From an uncultured delta proteobacterium (GTDB lineage: Bacteria; Myxococcota_A; Polyangia; Polyangiales; Polyangiaceae), in contig CAVOKF010000005.1 in assembly GCA_963696385.1 (NCBI GenBank), forward strand, positions 704,001 to 768,000: 64,000 bases of DNA, given 5' to 3'. Under the pieces are notes generated by a model. That model did no database searches, was not told where the DNA came from, and saw only the letters and a program-made list of their open reading frames with translations. Both the position numbers and the translations under genes were made by a program. Below, in pieces: positions 29,652 to 38,797 of this stretch. Every line of letters starts with the position of its first letter. Position 1 is the stretch's first letter.

Positions 29652-30197
29652 ATTTGCCTACACGCGGAAGTTCTGTGTTAAACTTCTGGCGCCCTTAGAG
29701 ACAAGGAATGCCCCACGCCTCAAGGGTACTCAATGTATTTCCGCATTGCGCGTCTCTTCGTAGCCGCGCATCCCCGCTAGAGCTCATCGAGGCGTCGTTT
29801 CGACGCCTCAGCGCGCAGTGGCTAGCGTCGGAGGAGATATGGCTGCGAAGTGCCACGGTTCGGGTCCGGCGCGGGCTCGGCGCCGACGTTGGGTCGGGCT
29901 GCCAGCGCCGAGGAGAGCGTCGGCGTTGGAGTTCCCAATATCCCTCGTCGTCGAGCACAAGGCCGTGAGCCAGTAGGGAAGAGGGTTCCGGTTCATCCTG
30001 GCCGGGGACCCAGGTGGCCGGTCGTCGCCCCGTCGTGAACCTCTGGGTGACTCGGCTGTCCGACGAGCGCCAAGTGTTGGTCGAGCTCGCCTTTCGCTCG
30101 GTCGACGGTGCCAGCGACAAGATCGGTTGCGTGAGCGTGTAGTGGGAGCCTACGCCCCGTGGGTCTGTCGCCGTATCGCGCGCTCCTTCCGTCCTCG

Positions 30198-30690
30198 GTC
30201 ACCGGCCTGCGTCCGTCCACGCTGTACGCCCTACGACGCACGGGCGAAAATGCGGACGTGAAGTGGGACCAAGGGCTGCTCTTGGTTCGGCGTTCGCGCG
30301 ATGGAGATGGCCAAGACCAATCATGACCAGGTCATCAAGTTGCCTGACTTCGTGATGTCCGCTCTTCGCTGGAAGGTCGACAAGCAGCTCGTCACACGCG
30401 GGACATGGAGCGGAGCGAACTCCTATTTCCCGCGGAAACGGGCGGGTTCCGTCACAACTCGGCGCTCGCGAGCCCGTTCCGGTCGATCGGCCGGATGATG
30501 GGGCTTCGCAAGCAAATCTCGCCGAAAGCCATGCGACGCTCCTTCCAAGACACGATGCGGGAGGCGCTGGTCGCCGACGTGGGCAGCATCTCGGGCATCT
30601 GACCGAGCAGATGCAGCAGCACTATTCAACGGCGCGCGGACACGAGCAGCAGGCGGCCATCGCCCGCATCATCGACCTCACCCGTCTGAC
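30198..30690 (+). pseudogene. Tyrosine integrase, C-terminal remnant (island B), several frameshifts
   Basis: TGLRPSTL, DVKWDQGLLLVRRS, LLFPAETGGFR, MRRSFQD and SISGHLTEQMQQHYST across frames. Confidence 0.85.
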
Positions 30691-30780
30691 GCAGCGGATG
30701 GGCGGTAACGGGTCGCGATGGACAGCAAAGTGGGAGCCGAGTAGCGTATCAGCTAACTAGCTAAAATTGCTTGCTTTTTT

Positions 30781-30824
30781 GTAGGCGCGATAGGGTTTGA
30801 ACCTACGACCCCTACCGTGTCAAG
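30781..30824 (-). repeat. att site: 44-bp exact copy of the tRNA-Val 3' half
   Basis: GTAGGCGCGATAGGGTTTGAACCTACGACCCCTACCGTGTCAAG is identical to 40030-40073. Confidence 0.95.
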
Positions 30825-30929
30825 AGAATCATCCGTTTCTGGTCGCTTCTGGGCGTGTCTTTTCAATGGGTTAGCGTTTCCCAGGCGTACTCGAGCATCC
30901 CCTTCGTTACGCCAAATGAGTGCTCTCGT

Positions 30930-30960
30930 GGGTGCTCCGAGGAGCTCCGCGGGGTGCTCC
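30930..30960 (+). repeat. Putative integrase arm-type sites (2 copies of GGGTGCTCC)
   Basis: Copies at 30930 and 30952; three more at 39941-39982; IHF-like TTTCAATGGGTTA at 30861-30873. Confidence 0.6.
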
Positions 30961-31254
30961 ACTTGACCCACGCCGATGCAGCAGCGGGTCTTTCCGATTC
31001 GGCGCCTGCCCCGGTGGTCTTCCGAGCCCAAGTCGTCGTCCTCGGCGAGGCACGTCCTCCACCTAGCGCGACCACCATCGGTGGTCCCATGCTGGACCCG
31101 CTTAACCAAACATGACGCCGTGCGTTCGTCGCTTCTCGTCCGCGGAATCGCGGCGCGATGCCGTGTGTCGTGACATCGCGTGACCGGATGTCGCTCATCG
31201 CACGAACGCTTCGGGGTTCGGTCTGCTTTTCGGGTCCCCCGCAAAGTCGCATGT

Positions 31255-31290
31255 GTAAGCCATTGACTTACTCGTCCGCTGGCTTACGTT
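31255..31290 (+). promoter_or_regulatory. brnT promoter with overlapping inverted repeat
   Basis: TTGACT-N16-TACGTT ending 6 nt before the GTG; perfect IR GTAAGCCA-N17-TGGCTTAC. Confidence 0.55.
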
Positions 31291-31296
31291 CGTCGA

Positions 31297-31587
31297 GTGC
31301 GGTTCGAATGGGACCGGAAGAAGGAGCGGCTCAACGTTGCGAAGCACGGCGTCACCTTCCGCGAGGCCAAGGAGCTGTTCACCTCCAAGGTCGATTTTCT
31401 CGAACTCTACGACGGCGATCACTCCCAGCTGGAGGAACGGTTCATCGCCATCGGTCCCATTCGTCGCGGGCTCGTTCTCGTCGTTTACACGGAGCGTAGT
31501 GAGGACACGGTGCGCATCATCAGCGCTCGTCGGGTCACCAAAGACGAGCGAGCCCTTTACGTCGAGTACATGGAGAAGCGGTCATGA
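31297..31587 (+). CDS. brnT: BrnT-family ribonuclease toxin
   Basis: FEWDRKKERLNVAKHGVTF, DHS..EERFIAIG, LVVYTER and RIISARR. Confidence 0.93.
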   Translation: MRFEWDRKKERLNVAKHGVTFREAKELFTSKVDFLELYDGDHSQLEERFIAIGPIRRGLVLVVYTERSEDTVRIISARRVTKDERALYVEYMEKRS

Positions 31588-31871
31588 AAGGCATCCCTGA
31601 ACTCAGCCGATCCGATTTCGAGCGGACCCTTCGTCGCAGCCAACGTCAGCGCATCATTCGCGGAGAGCTTCAGCCGGGCGATGTGGCGGCGCTGCGTCGG
31701 TTCATTGGGCTGACGCAGGCACAGTTCGCCGAGGCGCTCGGCATTAGCGTGCACACGCTTCGCAACTGGGAGCAGGATCGCCGAAAGCCGGAGGGCGCTG
31801 CCCTCGCGCTCTTGCGGATTGCCGCGCGCCATCCAGGTGTTGTGCGTGAGAACGTACCGACTGCCGCATGA
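31584..31871 (+). CDS. XRE-HTH antitoxin (HigA/MqsA-type HTH)
   Basis: LRRFIGLTQAQFAEALGISVHTLRNWEQDRRKPEG.A.ALL; ATGA overlap with brnT. Confidence 0.88.
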   Translation: MKGIPELSRSDFERTLRRSQRQRIIRGELQPGDVAALRRFIGLTQAQFAEALGISVHTLRNWEQDRRKPEGAALALLRIAARHPGVVRENVPTAA

Positions 31872-31897
31872 AGCCGCGAGCCTGCCTGTCGTCAGCG

Positions 31898-32284
31898 TCA
31901 TCGCCGCCGCCACTTGTCTCGGTAGCTCGGCGGCTCCTCGATCGGTTTGACGGGCTCCGTGGCCCTCTTGGCGATGAAGATGCTCGCGTCGCCGTCCTTG
32001 ATCTTGATTCGCCCCTTGAGGCGACCGTCGTTGCCGAGCGTTGCGCTTCCGGTTCCGCTGACCTGGTCGAACTCCCAAGCGCCCTGCCACGTGAACGAGA
32101 CGCCGGTTTTCGTGGGCTTCGCGTTCACGTATGCCAGCAGGCAGTGCATCCGCAGGCGATCGGCATGCCCGGTCAGCGAGAGCAGCGCCGGTCCCAGGAT
32201 GTTGAGGTCGACATCGTCCCACTGCGAGGTCTCGACGATGCGCCACCAGCCCCGATACTCGCGCGGAATCTCGGCGTCAGTCAC
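31898..32284 (-). CDS. Hypothetical beta-rich protein
   Basis: 128 aa with natural composition (GWWRIVE...WD, FTWQG..EFD..SG.G, L.GRI); family not identified. Confidence 0.7.
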   Translation of the reverse strand: MTDAEIPREYRGWWRIVETSQWDDVDLNILGPALLSLTGHADRLRMHCLLAYVNAKPTKTGVSFTWQGAWEFDQVSGTGSATLGNDGRLKGRIKIKDGDASIFIAKRATEPVKPIEEPPSYRDKWRRR

Positions 32285-32341
32285 GACGCAGGGACGGTAC
32301 CAACGCGAGCGTACGAGGTCACTCCTTCCAGCAAGGCGGGG

Positions 32342-32378
32342 TCAGGCTTCGACGAGAGCCCTCAGCCGATCGAGCGCC
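32342..32378 (-). pseudogene. Displaced 3' end of the arsR gene
   Basis: Encodes ALDRLRALVEA-stop, in frame with WDK at 37153 once the IS is removed. Confidence 0.85.
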
Positions 32379-32486
32379 TGTAGACGGACGCGTAAATCCG
32401 CGGGAAAGGCGACGTGGAAGCAGTGCGCCGCCGATCCCGGCGCTACCTCCTGAGGAAGGCGGCGCCGGGCAGCGGACGAGAATGGC

Positions 32487-32780
32487 TCAGCGAGGGAGGG
32501 GCTTGTCGTGGTGGTTGTGGTCACGCCCGTCGACGACGTTCTGCTCGGCGAGTCGATATTGGCGGATATGCCTGCGTAAAGCGCGCATGGCATTGAGGAG
32601 GTCGCGAGTGGGGGGATGATTGGCGCCGCCGCGTGTCGACGAGGAGGGGTCGAGGCCGATGGCGAGAAAGCGGCGAGCCGCGATGAGTGCAGCGTCGAGC
32701 ACGAAGAGCGGACCGAGTTCGGGCGCCAAGACGATGTCCCACTCGGAGGGCGCAACGAGCCGCTGGCGCGGCGGCGTCAC
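32487..32780 (-). CDS. IS21 accessory ORF downstream of istB (97 aa, helical)
   Basis: GTGA overlap with the istB stop; LAPELGPLFVLDAAL...LLNAMRALRRHIRQYR; lies inside the IS ends. Confidence 0.65.
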   Translation of the reverse strand: MTPPRQRLVAPSEWDIVLAPELGPLFVLDAALIAARRFLAIGLDPSSSTRGGANHPPTRDLLNAMRALRRHIRQYRLAEQNVVDGRDHNHHDKPLPR

Positions 32781-33562
32781 ACGCGCCTCCGGGCGGAGGC
32801 GCCTCGCGAGCGGGGCCTGGGTTGCGGAGGCGGTGGGGAGTTGCCCGGCTTTTGCCGGTAGGAGTCGGCATCGATGTCGATGGTGTGCAGATGCTGGGTG
32901 AAGCGATCGATGAGAGCGACGAGGCAGGCGGCGCCGGGGAATACGCCCCCCCATTCCTTGAAGGCCAAGTTGGTCGAGATGATGGTGGAGGCTCGTTCAT
33001 GGCGCCGGCTGATGATCTGGAAGAAGAGGTCGACGGCGCGCTTGTCTACGGGCACATATCCAAGTTCGTCGCATACGAGAAGATCGACATTGGTATAGCG
33101 CTTCATGCGTCGCTCGACGGCGGGCAGCGACTCCTGTTTCAAGAGATCGGCGAGCGCCGAAACGACCGGGGTAAAGCAGACGGTCATGCCGGCGCTGAGC
33201 GCGGCGAGGCATACGTTCTGCGCAAGCATGGTCTTACCCACACCGCTTGGGCCGCGAAAAAGGACGTTCTCGCGGCGCTCCACGAAGCCCAAGCCGAGGA
33301 CATTCTCGCATAGGGCGCGGTCGATCTTGCGCGGATGGCTCCAGTCGAAACGGTCCATCGTCGTGTGCGCCCCCACCGTCGCCATCTTGGTGCGGGTGGC
33401 GAGATTGCGTGCTTCACGCTGCCGGCGCTCCATTTCGACCAGCAGCTCGACGACCTGCACGTGCGAGAGGCGGTTGGCGGTCGCGTGCGACAGCAGTGCC
33501 TCGAGCTGCTCGCGCGACGCGCAGAAGCCGATGGCCCGGAGCTCGTCGACGACGTCGCTCAC
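32777..33562 (-). CDS. istB: IS21 helper AAA+ ATPase IstB
   Basis: GPSGVGKT Walker A, LLVCDELGY Walker B, STIISTNL.F.EW, ALIDRF and DSYR. Confidence 0.95.
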   Translation of the reverse strand: MSDVVDELRAIGFCASREQLEALLSHATANRLSHVQVVELLVEMERRQREARNLATRTKMATVGAHTTMDRFDWSHPRKIDRALCENVLGLGFVERRENVLFRGPSGVGKTMLAQNVCLAALSAGMTVCFTPVVSALADLLKQESLPAVERRMKRYTNVDLLVCDELGYVPVDKRAVDLFFQIISRRHERASTIISTNLAFKEWGGVFPGAACLVALIDRFTQHLHTIDIDADSYRQKPGNSPPPPQPRPRSRGASARRRV

Positions 33563-36050
33563 GACTCACCCCGCTTTCGGTCGTAGGAACCGAGGTCGTG
33601 GGGCACCACGATGGCGTCGACGACGTGCGCGCCGAGCACGATATCCACCGGCATGGGCCGGTCGGTTCGCTGCCGCTCTTGCTCGCAGAGAAGGGCCAGC
33701 GCGCCGATGTCGTGCGTGCCGCGCTCGCCCATGACGCGCACGGCGTAACCGAAGATCTCCAGCCCGTAGAGTGTGAAGAGCTTGCGCGCATGCCCGGTCA
33801 TGAAGTTGATGTTTCGTCCCTGCTCGACCCAGCGTTCGTAAAGCACCGAGAGCTCGGGCACGGCGCCGAGCAGCTGGTCGCGTATCGTGATGGCCTCGGC
33901 TCGTGGCCGCCCCTCGCAGAGGGCGCGGCGATGCGCGGGGTCGTCGATGCGCTGACCGCGTCCCCACGAGCGTCGGTGGCGCGCCACCTCTTTCTCCCCA
34001 TCGAGAAGCCGCACGTGATCGTCGTCCGCCACGAGCGTCAGCGTCGCGCTCGCGTACTTCGGCGGCGCCGAGTAGCGGTTGGTCCCGAGCCGTACGCTCG
34101 CCGTCTTGTCGACGGCGACAGGCAACACCAGGTCCGCCGTCGGCATCGGATTGGGCAGCGGCATCAGGCGCTCCTTCTCCTCGGCGAAGACCTCGCCCAC
34201 GCTGCGGCTGGCGAGGGTTGGGTGGCGACGCGTCATCACGACCGATTCGATGTGGCGCCGCAGGCCGAGGTTTCCTATCTCCAGACTCGGGATCGAACGG
34301 CCCGCGAAGAATCCTTCTTTGAGCTCGCGTATGGCTCTTTCGACTCCGCCCTTGTCTTCGGGCGTCCGCACGCGCGCGAGCACTGGTTTGACGCGAAGCT
34401 GTCCGGCGAGCTCGATGATCCCGGAGTGAAGCCGCGCGGCGCGACCATGGCGCTCGATCACGACGATCTTGGGGTTGTCGAAGAGAAGCTGCCGTGGCAC
34501 GCCACCGAAGAAGCTCAGCGCGCGCAGGATCGAGCGCCGGAGCGATTCCGCCGTCATATCGAGCACCGACTCCGCGTACCGCATTCGCGAATACGCCAAA
34601 AGCATCACGAAGACCCAGAGCGCCCGCATCCCTCCCATGACGGAGAGCTGCCCCACGTGACCCCAGTCCACTTGCCCTTGCTCGCCCGGCAGGCGCTCGC
34701 AGACCAGGTACGCCTTGCTCGCCGCGCGCGGACGGATGCCTTTGACGAAGCGCTCGACGAGCTTTGCGCTGCCCCGAAACCCGCGCTCGGCGATCATCGT
34801 GCGCAGCCGCGTCGCGCGCAGCCGTGGATACCTCTCGATCTGCTCGAGGATGAAGCCCTTGTACGCGTCGAGCTTGCTCGGCCGAGGCTCGCGCGCGGGC
34901 TGTCCAGTGGCGTCCTCTTCAGCGGCGCCCTCGTTGTGACCCACCCCGCGGCGGGATCGTGAGCCAGGGGGGCCGGTGAACGGTGGCCCTCTGGCGGCGT
35001 GATCGTGATCCACCTGGTTGCCCAATAGCAAGCCGTCGAATAGGGCCGGCGCGGGCTCGGGCACGCGCTCTGCATCGAGCCTCTTGCGACCCAATGAAGT
35101 GCATAGCCATGATCGCAGCGCGAGGAGCGGGGCCGTGTTGCCGCGTGTTGCCACGTGGCAACGCCAGGCCGGTGCACGGCGCCCTTCCAGGTGTGCACGA
35201 CCCCAGCGAGCGACGAGCTCGTTCGTCGGCTGCGAGTGGTCGTGGCATGCGACGTGCGTGAGCAAATTCCATATTTTATGAAGCAATATCCAATACATAG
35301 ATAGCCCTCCCGCCGCCACCCGGTCGGCCCGTCGAGAGTCGCAGTCGATCTGCCGTTTGCTTCACGAGCACACGCTGCGGCCCAGCCCTTGCCGCGCGTT
35401 GGAGGTGTTGGCGAATCGACGTTCGAACAGGCCATCTTCGACGTTGACGTCGGCCTCGTGCGGCGCGGTTGCCCTTGTTCTTGACGGAGCCAGCGCGCAA
35501 GGGCTTGCGCTCGGGATTCTAGAGTCAGCGTGCAGCGCGGCTCGGCACTGCCGGGCGCGCGGGTGCGCAGAGTCCTACCGGCGTCTTGCTTCGGGGCTCC
35601 CACTGCCGAGGCTCTCGCGACGCTGTCAGCGCCCTCGCGATCGGATCACTCTCGCGATCCAAGTAGACCGATTTCGAGAGAAGCGACGACGACCAATCTC
35701 CGAGCGCGCACGAAAGCGAGCCGCGATGACGGCTACGCGGGAACGGCTCCGGCTGCGAAAGTCAATGCGCGTATCCCACCGACCGGACCCGGCCGTCCAC
35801 CGCTGACCTTGGCGGTAGACGGGTGGGTCACGATCCCGCCGCCGCCGGCGTTGCGCTGGGACCATGACGTGGATCACGAGAACGCCCGGAAGTGGATCAC
35901 TTTAAAGGCGCCGCTGAAGGCGTCCTGGGCGAGCACGCGCGTGACGACGTCGTGGTGCACCCCCAGCTCGGCGGCCACCGTGCCTTCGGGCCACTTCTCG
36001 GCCTGCACGAGCCGAAGGATCTCGCTCTCGCACTCTTTGCTGACTGTCAT
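33559..36050 (-). pseudogene. istA: IS21 transposase IstA, interrupted by a 1003-bp insertion
   Basis: N-terminal HTH at 35920-36050 (MTVSKECESEILRL..AELGVHHDVVTRVL); remainder at 33559-34916 (SKLD.YK, PGEQGQVDWG, LFDNPK, KGGVER). Joined, it gives 493 aa in frame. Confidence 0.92.
34917..35919. mobile_element. Non-autonomous element (MITE-like), 1003 bp
   Basis: Perfect 13-bp IR CTTCAGCGGCGCC; 7-bp target duplication GCGTCCT (34910-34916, 35920-35926); GTGA(C/T/G)CCA sites 19, 42 and 88 nt in from each end. Confidence 0.88.
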
Positions 36051-36421
36051 GGCGACACCCCCTGCAAGCAGACCTGCCGCAGATCACCGAAGCAGCCCAA
36101 TCCCCCCAGACGGCCCGCGCGACGGCGATGCGCCGGACCGCGCAGCATCACCTCCACGTCGAAATGCAGATTGCGCACGCCGAAGCCCAGCGCGTCCTCC
36201 AGCCGCAATGCAGACATAGATTCCTCGGTATCCGCACAGAGAACAACGCAGAGCGGGCGCTGCTGCCAGAGCGCCAGCCCCTCGAGCAGCGTGGAGGCCG
36301 CCCGCGGATGCGCCGACGCCGATGGGCCCAACACCGCCCGCATCCGTTCCTCGCGCCCCTCCATCATCAGGATCCGCGTCGCCTCGCGCCGGGGATCCAT
36401 CGTCACCGTCCATCGATTCAT
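36047..36421 (-). CDS. IS21 accessory ORF upstream of istA (124 aa)
   Basis: ATGA overlap with istA; TRILMM..G.EERMRAVL..HPRAA.TLLEGLALW..RPL.VVL.AD. Confidence 0.75.
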   Translation of the reverse strand: MNRWTVTMDPRREATRILMMEGREERMRAVLGPSASAHPRAASTLLEGLALWQQRPLCVVLCADTEESMSALRLEDALGFGVRNLHFDVEVMLRGPAHRRRAGRLGGLGCFGDLRQVCLQGVSP

Positions 36422-36845
36422 CGGTCCTGCTCCTGGCCGCCTCGGTCGCCGCCTCCGGGTTGGAGGCGAGCGCCGCGCCGCGCGAGCGCACAACACGCGA
36501 ATCGGCACTCCCACCAGAAGGGGGATCCGTTACGACCTGCCCATCCGTTCCCGGCGCGACCGGCGCCACCACGCCCCGCTGCCGAGCCTTGCGGCCTCGC
36601 CGGCCCGGATGTGCTTGGCGAAACCAGTGCTGCCGGTCGCGGTTGTTCTGCCGACCCTCCACCGTCGTCGCTTCCAACCGCCGCGCCGTGCGACAGATCC
36701 GCGCGCGCCCTACCCCTTGGCACGCCTCGCTGCAGTAGCGGCGCTCGCCGAACCAATCGCACCTGGCGCACGCGTAGAACCCCTCGCCGCAGGCCCCACA
36801 GCACGCAAAACGAAGCGGCTGCTCGACTCCCTCATGCTCGTGCAC
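36418..36845 (-). CDS. IS21 accessory Zn-finger protein (3' end uncertain)
   Basis: CGAC..FYACARCD....RYCSEAC then a basic helix (EGRQNNRDRQ). The frame stays open to 36084; a stop coupled to the next ATG exists at 36418 in another frame. Confidence 0.7.
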
Positions 36846-37152
36846 GCGTCCATTCCACGGACGCGTGATGCGCACGGGTTGACCCGGCGCTTGCTCTCAG
36901 GCACCGTCCGCGGCGTCCAGAGCCGCGTCCGCGTCTGGGCCGAAGGCTCGGGGTTGCCGCCCTGGGCCTTCACTCTTTTGTGCGTCCATTTCGTCGCGCC
37001 TTCTACGCCAGCACGCGCGCCGACACGAGCGGGGACCCTTCCCGCCGGCTCTCACGCAAGAGGATGGCCTTTGCGACCCGTCCTGAACGAATGCTCGGGC
37101 GTCCTACGCCCTGACGCGTCCCGGATCAGGCGGTTCTTCGCGTCGCTCTACA

Positions 37153-37460
37153 AGCGCCTTGTCCCATTGCTTGGAGATCTGGTCCAGGTGCCGCTGCGCC
37201 TCCTGCAGGCGGCGTGGCTGAAGCTCCCAGACGCTCTCGCGTCCCTCGCGCATGCCCCGCACCACGCCCGCCTTGGCGAGGACCCGCAAGTGCCGCGTGA
37301 TGGCCTGGCGCGTGACGTCGGTCCCCGCCGTCAGCCGCGTGATGGACAGCGGGCCTTGCTCGCACAGCCGGGCGACGAGCCCGAGGCGCGTCCGATCGCC
37401 CAGCGCCCCGAACAAGGGCGCCGCCGTCTTCAGCGCCCGTGCCCCGCTGCTACGCGGCAT
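37153..37460 (-). pseudogene. ArsR/SmtB-family regulator, last about 10 codons displaced by IS21
   Basis: FGALGDRTRL, TRQAITRHLRVL..AGVV, GRE; now ends in IS-derived sequence at 37104. Confidence 0.9.
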
Positions 37461-37944
37461 GTGAGAGATACTTTTCGATGAGCTTGGCTTGATGAGTCCA
37501 CCCTCCCTCGTTGGCGGTGAACGCCTGAGCCCGGCGGGCCAGCGGGATGCCGTCGAAGCCGGATTCGGTGATGGTCAGCAGGGTGGCGCCCTCGACCTCC
37601 TCCAACTCGAAAACGACCAGGGTGGTGGGCTCGCTCGAATAGTCCACGGCGGGATCGATGGCGAAAGGGTGCCAGCGAAACGAAAAGAGCCGCGCCGGTT
37701 CAAGGCGGTCGACCGTGATCTCGAAGGGCTTCCCTTCATGGGGCTTCTGGAGCTTGGCCACCTCTTCGTCGACGGTGGTCGGAACGATCCTTCCGGTCAT
37801 GCGAGCGCCCGCGACGAAAGGTCCGTCGAAGGCCACGCCGAACCAGGCCCCGAACTGCCGCGCGTCGCTCACCGCACGCCACACCCGCCCCAGCGGTGCT
37901 CGAAGCAAGACCTTCTTCTCGATGCGATCCTTGTCGGTCGCCAT
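37450..37944 (-). CDS. SRPBCC/AHSA1-family protein
   Basis: RIEKKVLLRAP..RVWRAV, FSFRWHP, TLVVFEL, LTITESGF and NEGGW; AAGGAGG RBS; typical ArsR partner. Confidence 0.9.
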   Translation of the reverse strand: MATDKDRIEKKVLLRAPLGRVWRAVSDARQFGAWFGVAFDGPFVAGARMTGRIVPTTVDEEVAKLQKPHEGKPFEITVDRLEPARLFSFRWHPFAIDPAVDYSSEPTTLVVFELEEVEGATLLTITESGFDGIPLARRAQAFTANEGGWTHQAKLIEKYLSHAA

Positions 37945-37945
37945 G

Positions 37946-38009
37946 TGCAACCTCCTTGTTGCATGTTTCGATAGCGGCGCACCACGCGACATGCAACCAC
38001 AATGTTGCG
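37946..38009. promoter_or_regulatory. Two palindromic operators, likely ArsR boxes
   Basis: TGCAAC-N6-GTTGCA (37946-37963, overlapping the RBS) and TGCAAC-N6-GTTGCG (37992-38009). Confidence 0.65.
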
Positions 38010-38061
38010 TCATGGTGGCGAAGCAACGCCGAGAGGTGCCGCTGGGACGATGAAATGCCGA

Positions 38062-38265
38062 TCAGCCGCTTCGCTTTTGCTTGGAGTGGGTCGCGTGCTC
38101 AGGCTGCTTGCTCCACCACTGCTCCAGCACGTCCGTGATGATCGCGTTTAGCGAGACGCCCCTGTCAATCGAAAGGTGCCGCAAAGCTGTGTGAAGGTCC
38201 TTTGGAAGCCGAAGCATTAGTCCCTGCCGCCCATCCTCCGCCGGTTCGCTCTTCTTCGCTGCCAC
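38062..38265 (-). CDS. Small ribbon-helix-helix (Arc-like) DNA-binding protein
   Basis: LMLRLPKDLHTALRHLSIDRGVSLNAII; upstream palindrome GTGATATCAC next to TTGACA. Confidence 0.75.
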   Translation of the reverse strand: MAAKKSEPAEDGRQGLMLRLPKDLHTALRHLSIDRGVSLNAIITDVLEQWWSKQPEHATHSKQKRSG

Positions 38266-38380
38266 GACCGTCGTCGTACACGAACCATGGCGGCTTGACA
38301 GTGTGATATCACGACATCAAGATACAACTGCGGAGAGGTTTCGCTCAAGATGAGCCGCGAAAGCACGGCGGGCAAGCAGA

Positions 38381-38743
38381 TCAGCGTCCGAGAAGGGTTC
38401 GACATGGTCGCGGCTGTCGTCGAGTGCCCGAAAAGAGCCAGATCTTGCGTCGACGGGGCGCAAGAAGGGGGAGAACTTCGGGCAAAGCCGCGGCTCGATA
38501 TTGTTCCACGCCTCGGAATGACCACAACGCTTCGCCGCCGCGACGGCGAGCGCGCAGCTCACGCATGGCGGCCCGATGATCCGCTCGCCCCTCCGGGCTG
38601 CGCTGGTGACGGGCACGGGCCTCGCGCCGGCTCCGGGCGCGGCCGCGCGACCGGCATGCCTCACCGCAGTACGCGTGACCTCGATCGCAGCAACGGCAGA
38701 TGAAGAAGACGGTTCTGCACCACGCGCACGGACGCATCCGCAA
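38381..38743 (-). CDS. Second Zn-finger protein, paralog of the IS21 accessory ORF (tail probably foreign)
   Basis: CAWC..VFFICRCCDRGHAYCGEAC, followed by EGRADHRAAMRELR. Confidence 0.7.
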   Translation of the reverse strand: MRMRPCAWCRTVFFICRCCDRGHAYCGEACRSRGRARSRREARARHQRSPEGRADHRAAMRELRARRRGGEALWSFRGVEQYRAAALPEVLPLLAPRRRKIWLFSGTRRQPRPCRTLLGR

Positions 38744-38797
38744 CGCGTCTTGGTCGTCTCGGGAAGGATGTCGCCGAACGAGCTCGATTCAAGATCG

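Larger units (their letters stand above)
32379..37152 (-). mobile_element. Large five-ORF IS21-family element (3764 bp without the nested insert)
   Basis: Ends TGTAGACGGACGCG / TGTAGAGCGACGCG (TG...CA); target duplication AGCGCC at 32373-32378 and 37153-37158; contains istA and istB. Confidence 0.92.

Noticed and set aside
29700..30190. Coding fragments between the pectate lyase and the integrase remnant
   Set aside because: No recognisable motif or consistent frame.
30781..30824. Second tRNA-Val gene
   Set aside because: Only the 3' half is present, with no D arm or 5' acceptor strand; it is an att site.
33559..35319. 586-aa IstA with a novel N-terminal domain
   Set aside because: The extension is read-through from the inserted 1003-bp element; the real N-terminus is at 35920-36050.
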